This document shows, in pieces, positions 56,451 through 64,000 of a stretch of DNA of 64,000 bases. The notes beneath the pieces are model-generated. The model searched no databases. It was not told where the DNA came from and worked only from the letters and a program-made list of their open reading frames with translations. Position 1 is the stretch's first letter; each line of letters starts with the position of its first letter. The stretch is from Acidimicrobiia bacterium (lineage in GTDB: Bacteria; Actinomycetota; Acidimicrobiia; Spongiisociales; Spongiisociaceae): assembly GCA_041576165.1 (NCBI GenBank), contig JBFGLM010000017.1, positions 1 through 64,000 of the forward strand, written 5' to 3'. The position numbers were made by a program, and so were the translations under genes.

Positions 56451-57872
56451 GTGCGCGGCACTGCAGTGATCGTCGGTTCGGGCCCCAACGGGCTGGCAGC
56501 TGCCATCACGCTGGCGCGGGCCGGTCTGGATGTGACCGTACTAGAGGCTGCCGATTCGATCGGGGGCGGCACCCGGACTGAGGAACGTACGCTGCCGGGG
56601 TATTTGCATGATGTGTGCAGCGCCTTCCATCCGCTGGGGGTTGCATCGCCCTTCTTCGCCGATCTCCCTCTCGGTGAGTACGGGCTCGAATGGGCCACGC
56701 CCCAGATCCAAGCAGCACACCCGCTGGACGACGAGACCGCCGCCGCCGCCTACCTCTCGCTCGATCGCACCGCGACCGGGCTGGGCGCCGACGGGGCGGT
56801 CTGGGCATCCGACGCCGGTCGCCTCGCTCAACGATGGGACCAGCTGGCCCGCCCGTTGCTCAGCCCGCTGATCCGCGTGCCCCGGCGACCGCTGGCTATG
56901 GCCTCTTTCGGGCTGCGAGCGGTGATGCCGGCAACCGTGTACCTGCAACGGCGCCTCTCCACCCCACGAGGCCGAGCGCTCTTCGCCGGAATGGCGGCGC
57001 ACGCGATCCTCCCCTTCAACCGGCCGCTCACGGCATCCTTCGGTCTCTTGATGGGGGCACTGTGCCACGTCGCCGGCTGGCCGGTAGCGGTGGGTGGATC
57101 CGCCACTATCACCGTCGCAATGGCTCGCTACCTAGAGGCGCTTGGCGGCACCATCGTCACCGGGCAGAGAGTCACAGCGAGCACGGACCTACCTGCGTCG
57201 GACATCGTCCTCTACGACACGGCCCCCGCCACAGTGGCCAGCATCTACGGTGACCACCTCCCGGCCCGGGCCTCGCGCCGCCTGCGCAGATTCCGCTACG
57301 GACCGGCGGCATTCAAGCTCGACCTTGCCACTTCGTCGCCGATCCCATGGGCCGCCGCCGAATGCCGGGCGGCCGGCACCGTCCACTTGGGAGGGACCTG
57401 GGAGGAGATCGCTGACGCCGAGGCCGCTGTCTGGGAGGGGCAACACCATCCCGCCCCGTTCGTGATCGTCGGCCAGCAGAGCATCGTCGATCGTACCCGC
57501 GCCCCCGAGGGCGGGCACACCGTGTGGGCGTACTGTCATGTGCCCAACGGCTCCACTGTCGACGCGACCGACACGATCCTTCGTCAGATCGAGCGGTTCG
57601 CACCGGGATTTCGCCAAACCATTCTCGAGGTCGCCAGCCTCAGCCCGGCCGAGCTGGAAGCGCACAACAGCAACTACGTCGGCGGCGACATCTCCGGCGG
57701 GGCACACAACGGCCTGCAGCTGGTCGCCCGGGGCGGGATCAACCCGTATCGCACGGGGATCGATCGTGTGTATCTCTGTTCTGCGTCGACGCCGCCGGGT
57801 GCCGGGGTCCATGGCATGTGCGGTTGGAATGCGGCCAGCGCCGCCCTCACCGACCTCCGTAGCCGCGCCTGA
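56451..57872 (+). CDS. Phytoene dehydrogenase-like NAD(P)/FAD-dependent oxidoreductase
   Basis: VIVGSGPNGLAAA, HDVCSAFHP, WAYCHVP, NYVGGDI and CSASTPPGAGVHGMCG motifs. Confidence 0.9.
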   Translation: MRGTAVIVGSGPNGLAAAITLARAGLDVTVLEAADSIGGGTRTEERTLPGYLHDVCSAFHPLGVASPFFADLPLGEYGLEWATPQIQAAHPLDDETAAAAYLSLDRTATGLGADGAVWASDAGRLAQRWDQLARPLLSPLIRVPRRPLAMASFGLRAVMPATVYLQRRLSTPRGRALFAGMAAHAILPFNRPLTASFGLLMGALCHVAGWPVAVGGSATITVAMARYLEALGGTIVTGQRVTASTDLPASDIVLYDTAPATVASIYGDHLPARASRRLRRFRYGPAAFKLDLATSSPIPWAAAECRAAGTVHLGGTWEEIADAEAAVWEGQHHPAPFVIVGQQSIVDRTRAPEGGHTVWAYCHVPNGSTVDATDTILRQIERFAPGFRQTILEVASLSPAELEAHNSNYVGGDISGGAHNGLQLVARGGINPYRTGIDRVYLCSASTPPGAGVHGMCGWNAASAALTDLRSRA

Positions 57873-57976
57873 CCCGATACGATGCGACCGACCGGGACCT
57901 CGCGCCGGGCAGCCCGGTTTGTCACGAGATCGGCTCCCACCGTCGGCGCCAGGCCACAGCTCAGGGAAGGACTGAT

Positions 57977-58972
57977 ATGCGCCACCCGGTCAACAGGCTG
58001 ATAGCGCTCCTGGCCGTGTTGGTCGCCGTGGTCGGCGCCGTTCCCGCGGGGGCCGCCACGCCGGCCGAAGGTGGCCGGTTCTGGGACGACGACGGCTGGA
58101 CCCATGAGGGCAACATCGAGGCGATCGCGGCGAGGGGAGTGACCCAAGGCTGCGCACCGGAGGGCAACGCGTACTGCCCGGAACTGGGCGTGACGCGTGC
58201 GCAGATGGCCTCCTTTCTGGCCCGGGCGCTGAAGCTGTCGGGTTCCGACGACGGCCGGTTCACCGATGTAGCGACCGACAATGTCCACCGGACCAACATC
58301 AACGCCATCGCCGAAGCGGGCATAACCCTGGGGTGCAACGCCGGTGGCACGTTGTTCTGCCCCAGCACGTTCGTCACCAGAGCCCAGATGGCCTCGTTCC
58401 TGGCCCGAGCGCTCGACCTGGCACCCGTAACCGGCGGCGCCTTCCAGGACGTCACCGGCGACTTCGCCGTCCACGAAGAGAACATCAACGCTATCGCTCG
58501 GGAGGGCATAACCCTCGGGTGCAACGCCGCGGGCACCCTCTACTGCCCGGGAAACGTCGTGATCCGGGGCCAGATGGCCTCGTTCCTCGCTCGCGCCTTG
58601 AACCTGAGCCCGACTGCGGTGGCCCCCCGGCTCTACCTGCTGGACTTCGCCACCTGTGACACCGACGGCTTCTGTTCGGGCACCGGCGCCGCCGATACCG
58701 GCGCCTTCTTCATCCGGCACGGTTTCGTGTTCACACCGGACGACCCCGACTTCGAGGCGGTCAAGACCGATCCCAACACCGGCTTCGTGTTGATCGTGGA
58801 CGGAATTGAACTGCCGTCGACGCCGATCACATCAACGTTCACCGACGAGGTGGCCCGCTGGGATGTCATCGACTTTCCGAATGGCTTGACCGGAACGCAC
58901 GAATTCGAGATGCAGTGGGTGCGGCTGGGAGAGGTCGTGCAAGATGGGCTGGTGACGATCACCTTCGGCTGA
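57977..58972 (+). CDS. Secreted S-layer homology (SLH) domain protein
   Basis: Signal peptide, three F.D..H..NI.AIA..G(V/I)T.GC..(Y/F)CP...TRAQMASFLARAL repeats and a C-terminal beta-rich domain. Confidence 0.88.
   Translation: MRHPVNRLIALLAVLVAVVGAVPAGAATPAEGGRFWDDDGWTHEGNIEAIAARGVTQGCAPEGNAYCPELGVTRAQMASFLARALKLSGSDDGRFTDVATDNVHRTNINAIAEAGITLGCNAGGTLFCPSTFVTRAQMASFLARALDLAPVTGGAFQDVTGDFAVHEENINAIAREGITLGCNAAGTLYCPGNVVIRGQMASFLARALNLSPTAVAPRLYLLDFATCDTDGFCSGTGAADTGAFFIRHGFVFTPDDPDFEAVKTDPNTGFVLIVDGIELPSTPITSTFTDEVARWDVIDFPNGLTGTHEFEMQWVRLGEVVQDGLVTITFG
58073..58610 (+). repeat. Three intragenic tandem repeats of about 180 bp encoding SLH modules
   Basis: Units start near 58073, 58253 and 58436; shared cagatggcctc.tt.ct.gc.cg DNA. 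Confidence 0.85.
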
Positions 58973-59001
58973 CGAGCCCGCCCGGCCTGCGACCGGAGCG
59001 A

Positions 59002-59871
59002 TCAGTCCGCCCAGCGATGGGGGCGGGCCAGGACGTCGGTGAACCCCAACTCCTCACACAGCGCCTCAAAGTCGGCGCGCCGGACGCCCATCCACTCCAG
59101 ATCGGCGAGAGACTCCTTCAGCGGCACATCGCGGCGCAGGGTCGTGAGCGTCCGGTAGAGCATCGCCGCATCCCGATTGGCCTCGAGATTCTCCGACAAA
59201 CGGCTGGCCCCGCGTACCTTCACGTCCCACTGCGCCGGATCGGACGGAATCCGCTCGATGCGACCGTACCGGGCCAGCAGCGTAGAGGCCGACTTCGCTC
59301 CCCACGCCGGTATGCCGGGAACACCGTCGGCCGTGTCCCCCAACAGCGCCAGATAATCCGGGATGGAGGCGGGCTCGATCCCGAACTTCTCGCGCACGCC
59401 ATTCTCGTTGATCTCCAGATTCTCCCGGCGATTGTGGGACACGATCACGTCGCCCAGCACACACTGCATGAGATCTTTGTCGGGACTCAGGATGACTACC
59501 TTCTCCACGTCGTCGACCCAGCGCAGGGCCGCAGTGGCGATTGCGTCGTCGGCTTCAAACTCCAGCATCGGCCAGACGACCACGCCCAACGTTTCCAGTG
59601 CCCGTTCGGCTAGCGGGAACTGTGCCATCAGTTCCGGCTCGACGCCCTCGCCGGTCTTGTAGCCCGCAAACATGTCATTGCGAAACGACTCGATGACGGT
59701 GTCCGTGGCTGCGCCCACATGGGTCACGTCCGGCTGGCGGAGGAGCGAGAGGGTCGTCTCGATGACACCCAGGACCGCGCCTACCTCCCGCCCGTCCGGG
59801 GCCCGGCGCGGCGGGAAGCCGTAGTACGCCCGAAACAGCTCATAGGTAGCATCTAGCAGGTGGAGGAGCAC
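59002..59871 (-). CDS. 5'-3' exonuclease / flap endonuclease (Pol I N-terminal-like)
   Basis: LLDATYELFRAYY, SFRN..YK, EADD, DKDL and DYLALLGDTADGVPG..GAKSA H3TH motifs. Confidence 0.93.
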   Translation of the reverse strand: MLLHLLDATYELFRAYYGFPPRRAPDGREVGAVLGVIETTLSLLRQPDVTHVGAATDTVIESFRNDMFAGYKTGEGVEPELMAQFPLAERALETLGVVVWPMLEFEADDAIATAALRWVDDVEKVVILSPDKDLMQCVLGDVIVSHNRRENLEINENGVREKFGIEPASIPDYLALLGDTADGVPGIPAWGAKSASTLLARYGRIERIPSDPAQWDVKVRGASRLSENLEANRDAAMLYRTLTTLRRDVPLKESLADLEWMGVRRADFEALCEELGFTDVLARPHRWAD

Positions 59872-59877
59872 GACGGC

Positions 59878-60198
59878 ATGGTAGGTGAGCCGACCAGCGC
59901 GGCCACCCGGGACGCATGGAAGTCGGTCACAGAGGAGGTCAGCCGCCTCGGATCGAGCTTGCGCGCCCACTATGTCACCGAGGGCCGTACGGACGCGCTA
60001 GCCGAGCTGCGCGAGGCAGTCCAGGACCTCGCCGTCGCTGCCACCCGGGTGGGATCGGCCGCAGCTGGCGCTATCCGGGATCCCGAGGTTCAGGAACACG
60101 CGCGAGACACCTTCAAGGCTTTGCTCGCCGCCCTCACCAGCACTGTGGACAATGTCCGTTCCGACCTCGCAGACCAGAACGGTGACGAGCCACCATGA
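59878..60198 (+). CDS. Hypothetical helical protein
   Basis: Amphipathic helical ORF (DAWKSVTEEVSRLGSSLRAHY..AIRDPEV) divergent from the exonuclease; start uncertain. Confidence 0.65.
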   Translation: MVGEPTSAATRDAWKSVTEEVSRLGSSLRAHYVTEGRTDALAELREAVQDLAVAATRVGSAAAGAIRDPEVQEHARDTFKALLAALTSTVDNVRSDLADQNGDEPP

Positions 60199-60262
60199 GC
60201 AATCACCCCGCCGCCGCCGGGCGCCCCGGCCCGGGCCAGTGGCCGGCCATGCCGGTAACGCC

Positions 60263-61123
60263 ATGATGGTGCGACCGATCGTTTCGTCGTCCTGGCTCGC
60301 ACCACGGGTCGACGACGACGTTATTCGCATCGTCGATGTGCGGTGGTATCTCGATAATCCGGACAGGGGCAGGGCCGACTACGAGCGAGCGCATCTGCCC
60401 GGCGCGATCTTCCTCGATTTGGAGACCGAACTCTCCGGTCCCACCGGGCCAGGCCGGCATCCACTTCCCGACTTCGGATGGTTGGCATCCCGGTTGGGGG
60501 AGCTGGGGATTGGCGACGATCACCACGTCATCGCATACGACGACAACACAGGATCCATCGCAGCTCGTCTGTGGTGGATGCTTCGCCACGTCGGGCACAC
60601 TGCGGTGTCGGTGCTGGATGGAGGTTTCGAGCTCTGGCAGGCGTCCGGATTCCCCACGACGGACAGTATCGAGACGCTGGAGCCGGCCGCGTTCACGATA
60701 CGCAGCGTGCGCGACGACACGATCTCCCGCGACGAGCTGATCGGGCGCTTGGGCGAGGTGGCGCTACTCGACGCCCGGGCCGCGCCCCGCTTTCGCGGCG
60801 ACATCGAGCCGGTCGACCCCGAGGCCGGGCATATCCCGACCGCGCTCAGCGCTCCATTTGACGAGAACCTCAATCCCGACGGGACCTTCAAGAGCCCGGA
60901 GGAACTGGCGCGGCGCTTCGCGGCGATGGGAATTGAGCCCGACAGTGACATCGTGGCCTACTGCGGCAGCGGGGTGACCGCGTGCCACAACATCCTGGCG
61001 CTGCACCTGGCCGGGCTGTCCGAAGCGATGCTCTACCCGGGTTCGTGGAGCGATTGGTCGACAGCGGGGTACCCGGTTGCCACCGGGTCACAACCCGGTA
61101 CCGTGCCCCTCCACATGCCCTGA
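60263..61123 (+). CDS. Tandem-rhodanese sulfurtransferase (SseA/MPST type)
   Basis: HLPGA, GRHPLP, AARLWW, DARA..RFRG, GHIP, YCGSGVTAC and YPGSWSDW motifs. Confidence 0.94.
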   Translation: MMVRPIVSSSWLAPRVDDDVIRIVDVRWYLDNPDRGRADYERAHLPGAIFLDLETELSGPTGPGRHPLPDFGWLASRLGELGIGDDHHVIAYDDNTGSIAARLWWMLRHVGHTAVSVLDGGFELWQASGFPTTDSIETLEPAAFTIRSVRDDTISRDELIGRLGEVALLDARAAPRFRGDIEPVDPEAGHIPTALSAPFDENLNPDGTFKSPEELARRFAAMGIEPDSDIVAYCGSGVTACHNILALHLAGLSEAMLYPGSWSDWSTAGYPVATGSQPGTVPLHMP

Positions 61124-61138
61124 AGCAGCAGGAGAACC

Positions 61139-62059
61139 ATGGCGCGTGGCACTCACGCCGCGGTACCCGACCCGCGCAACGACGACGTCCTGATCTATAT
61201 CAATGGGGACTTCTACCCGCGCGCCGAGGCCAAGATCTCGGTCTTCGATAGCGGCTTCTTGGTCGGGGATGGGATCTGGGAGGGCATCCGGCTGCACAAC
61301 GGGCGATTCGCGTTCTTGGACCGCCACCTCGACCGACTCTTCTCCGGCGCAGCAATGATCGGTCTCGACCTTGGCATGAGCCGCCAAGACGTGGCTACTG
61401 CTCTCACCGAAACGGTGGAACGCAACAACATGGACGACGACGTACACATACGGCTGATGATCACCCGCGGCGACAAGAAGACGCCGTCGCAGCATCCATC
61501 AAACGTCATCTCGGGTCCGAACGTCGTGATCATCGCCGAGCACAAGCTTGCCAATCCGGAGGTCAAGCAGACCGGCGTCTCGCTGTTCACCGCAACGATC
61601 CGCCGACCTCCTCCCGACACCCTCGATCAACGGCTGAATTGCCATTCCAAACTTCACGAAGTGATCGCGCTCATCCAGGCCACCGCGGCCGGCGCCGACG
61701 AGGCCTTGATGCTGGACCCGACCGGCGCGGTCGCCACCTGTAACGCCACCAACTTCTTCATTGTGCGGCGTGGCGAGGTCTGGACCTCGACCGGCCACTA
61801 CTCCCTCAATGGAATCACTCGCGGGGTCGTGCTCGAGGTGGCGCGCGCGGCCGGGATTCCGGCCTTCGAGCGGCCGTTCTCTTTGACCGACGTATACGCC
61901 GCGGACGAGGCGTTCGTGACCGGCACCTTCGGCGCGCTTACCCCGGTACGGGAGATCGACGGCCGCACCATCGGCACGGCCGGGATGGGGCCGGTAACGG
62001 CTCGGCTGCATGAGCTCTACGACGAGGCGCTGGCAGCGGACCCGGGAGCAATCCATTGA
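61139..62059 (+). CDS. PLP-dependent aminotransferase class IV (BCAT/D-amino-acid aminotransferase-like)
   Basis: SVFDSGFLVGDGIWEG, HLDRL, HSKL, DEALML, GITR and ADEAFVTGT motifs. Confidence 0.92.
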   Translation: MARGTHAAVPDPRNDDVLIYINGDFYPRAEAKISVFDSGFLVGDGIWEGIRLHNGRFAFLDRHLDRLFSGAAMIGLDLGMSRQDVATALTETVERNNMDDDVHIRLMITRGDKKTPSQHPSNVISGPNVVIIAEHKLANPEVKQTGVSLFTATIRRPPPDTLDQRLNCHSKLHEVIALIQATAAGADEALMLDPTGAVATCNATNFFIVRRGEVWTSTGHYSLNGITRGVVLEVARAAGIPAFERPFSLTDVYAADEAFVTGTFGALTPVREIDGRTIGTAGMGPVTARLHELYDEALAADPGAIH

Positions 62060-62778
62060 CCATACGCATCAACGTCTGCTCCGGTCCCCGCAACATCTCT
62101 ACCGCTGTCATGTACTCGTTCCGACAGCGCGACGACACGACGGTTGTGGATGAACCGCTCTACGCCTACTACCTGGCGAGCACCGGGGTCCGCCACCCGG
62201 GTGCCGATGAAGTCCTCCGATCGCAGAGTCCGGACGGCGAGGCGGTCGTACGCGACGTCATTCTGGGTCAATATCCGACGCCGATCGTGATGTTCAAACA
62301 GATGGCGCACCACCTGCGCGGCCTCGACACATCGTTCCTCGCGGCGTGCACCAACGTGATCCTGACCCGACATCCCCGGGACATGCTGGCCTCGCTCACC
62401 GTCCAACTGCCCGACGCGACCATTGAAGCTACCGGGTTGCCCATGCAGGTCGAGCTGCTCGACAAGATGCTGGCCGAGGGCGCGTCGCCCATCGTTGTCG
62501 ACGCGCGAGCGTTGCTGGAGGATCCCGAGAGTGTCCTCACCGAGCTGTGCCGGCGGATCGCCATTCCATTCGACCGGTCCATGCTGGCGTGGCCACCCGG
62601 CCCCAAGCCGGAGGACGGGGTCTGGGCACCGCACTGGTATGCCCGTGTACACCAGTCGATGGGCTTTGCACCGTATCGGGAGAAGACAGATCCTCTCCCT
62701 TCCTATCTGGAGCCGCTGCTGGCCGAATGCCTGCCACTGTATGACCGGCTGGCCGAGTTCGGGGTGACGCAAGCATGA
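62056..62778 (+). CDS. Sulfotransferase-like P-loop protein (BCAT-associated type)
   Basis: SGPRNISTAVMYSFRQR, DEPLY, FKQMAHH, LTRHP and DGVWAPHWY motifs; TTG start overlaps the upstream stop. Confidence 0.85.
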   Translation: MTIRINVCSGPRNISTAVMYSFRQRDDTTVVDEPLYAYYLASTGVRHPGADEVLRSQSPDGEAVVRDVILGQYPTPIVMFKQMAHHLRGLDTSFLAACTNVILTRHPRDMLASLTVQLPDATIEATGLPMQVELLDKMLAEGASPIVVDARALLEDPESVLTELCRRIAIPFDRSMLAWPPGPKPEDGVWAPHWYARVHQSMGFAPYREKTDPLPSYLEPLLAECLPLYDRLAEFGVTQA

Positions 62779-63707
62779 CCCGCCGCTTCCTCATCGATAC
62801 CGACACCGCCTCGGACGACGCGGTGGCACTCGCTATGGCATTGCGCGAGCCGAGCATCGAAGTGGAAGCGATCACGGTCGTGGCGGGCAATGTCCCGCTC
62901 GATCAAGCGGTGCAGAACGCATTGTTCACCGTCGAGCTGTGCGATCGGGCTGTTCCCGTCTACGTCGGTCGCGCAGAGCCGATCATGCGGGATCTGGAGA
63001 CCGCTCAGGACGTGCATGGATGGGATGGGATGGGCGACATCGGCCTCGACCTGGCCGGGCGGACTCCGGCCGACGGGCGGGCGGTTGATGTGATCGTAGA
63101 GACGGTGCTGAGTGCGCCCGATCAAATCACGCTCGTGACCCTGGGGCCGCTGTCAAACGTGGCGACTGCCCTCCTGCGGGCGCCCGAGATCGCCGAGGCT
63201 GTGGGGCACTGCTACGTGATGGGTGGGACCGGGGCGGGGCACGGCAACGTCACGCCCTTGGGCGAATTCAACTTCTGGTGCGACCCGGAGGCGGCGGCCA
63301 TCGTCCTCCGCTCCGCCATGCCGTTGACGCTGGTCGGTTGGGACATCTCAGTGGCGTCGGCGACGTTCGATGACGCGGAAGCAAACGAGCTGCGGGCGGT
63401 CGGGCGGCTCGGCGCATTCGCCGTGGACATCCAGAGCGTTCTGACTGACTACGCCCGGCAAGAGGCCAAGCTGGCCGGCTTCGACCTGCCGGACCCGATC
63501 GCAATGGCGGTCGCCCTCGACCCCTCGATCGCAACCGTTGAGCACCGGTACGTGGAAGTCGTGATCGGGGACGGCGTAGCTCGGGGACACGACGTCGTGG
63601 ACTGGCTGGGGGCTACCCGCAATCCAGCGAACGCGTCGGTCGTCACCGAAGTGCCGCGGGATCGCTTCGTTGCCGACGTCCACCGGCTTCTGTCCGATCC
63701 GGCGTGA
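62775..63707 (+). CDS. Inosine/uridine-preferring nucleoside hydrolase
   Basis: IDTDTASDDA, VAGN, HGWDGMG, LGPLSN and GNVT..EFNFWCDPEAA motifs. Confidence 0.94.
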   Translation: MTRRFLIDTDTASDDAVALAMALREPSIEVEAITVVAGNVPLDQAVQNALFTVELCDRAVPVYVGRAEPIMRDLETAQDVHGWDGMGDIGLDLAGRTPADGRAVDVIVETVLSAPDQITLVTLGPLSNVATALLRAPEIAEAVGHCYVMGGTGAGHGNVTPLGEFNFWCDPEAAAIVLRSAMPLTLVGWDISVASATFDDAEANELRAVGRLGAFAVDIQSVLTDYARQEAKLAGFDLPDPIAMAVALDPSIATVEHRYVEVVIGDGVARGHDVVDWLGATRNPANASVVTEVPRDRFVADVHRLLSDPA

Positions 63708-63762
63708 ACGTGATGCGGCGCCTTCTCTGCGGGATACACCCGGGCCTGTACGCTTGCCGGCC

Positions 63763-64000
63763 GTGATAGAGGACCTCCGACGCCTGGTTGAGGCCAACGA
63801 CGCCGACGCGCTGCTGCGCCGGGTGGATGGGTTGTGCAGCGGCCGGGACTGGCAGACCCTGTCCTATCTGCAGACGCTGTGCCGGGAGGCAGTGACCCGA
63901 GGAAAGCAGCTCTGGTCGGTAGCCGATCACATCGATTACCGGCTTGCCCTCGAGGCCCCGGCCGAGTGGGCGGGTCCAATCGTGACCGAGACCGCCAGCC
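63763..64000 (+). CDS. 5' part of a hypothetical protein (DUF6183-like), truncated by the window end
   Basis: GTG start; DALLRRVDGLC..RDW..CREAVTRGKQLWSVADHIDYRLALEAPAEWA open to the window end. Confidence 0.6.
   Translation, partial: MIEDLRRLVEANDADALLRRVDGLCSGRDWQTLSYLQTLCREAVTRGKQLWSVADHIDYRLALEAPAEWAGPIVTETAS

Noticed and set aside
56451-57872. Carotenoid biosynthesis (crtI) linked to the B12 photoreceptor
   Set aside because: Motifs fit the generic phytoene-dehydrogenase-like oxidoreductases; no crtB/crtE nearby and no operator box upstream

Overview
GC-rich, gene-dense chromosomal window from an actinobacterium. Acidimicrobiia is the most likely class; this is inferred from NucS, GlnR boxes, many apparently leaderless genes and Cys-containing SLH repeats. 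About 63 CDS are supported; no rRNA, tRNA, CRISPR array, transposase or prophage was seen. Gene content by region: (1-13 kb) SHOCT/DUF6325/DUF1269, sulfatase-FGE and glutamate decarboxylase genes around a MalT-like LuxR regulator; (13-26 kb) carboxyltransferase, TipA, M20-kynU-kynA, an ECF/anti-sigma pair, trmL-nucS and a NarL-type two-component system; (26-33 kb) SigK/RskA-acyltransferase-photolyase facing a B12-binding CarH-like regulator; (33-44 kb) a peptide ABC importer and an FtsX-type exporter; (44-64 kb) nhaA, SigE, a flotillin/TPM locus, amtB, an SLH protein, a flap exonuclease and a rhodanese/aminotransferase-IV/sulfotransferase/nucleoside hydrolase run. The strongest signals are non-coding: five TCACCY-N5-GGGTGA palindromes outlining a local MalT-like regulon, a shared GATTTAGTGMTAAAA box linking the B12 regulator to the sigma-factor/photolyase operon, an identical tandem-site promoter layout linking the two-component system to an exporter 16 kb away, and a three-copy REP-like hairpin family. 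Family names come from motif recognition by eye, not database searches.
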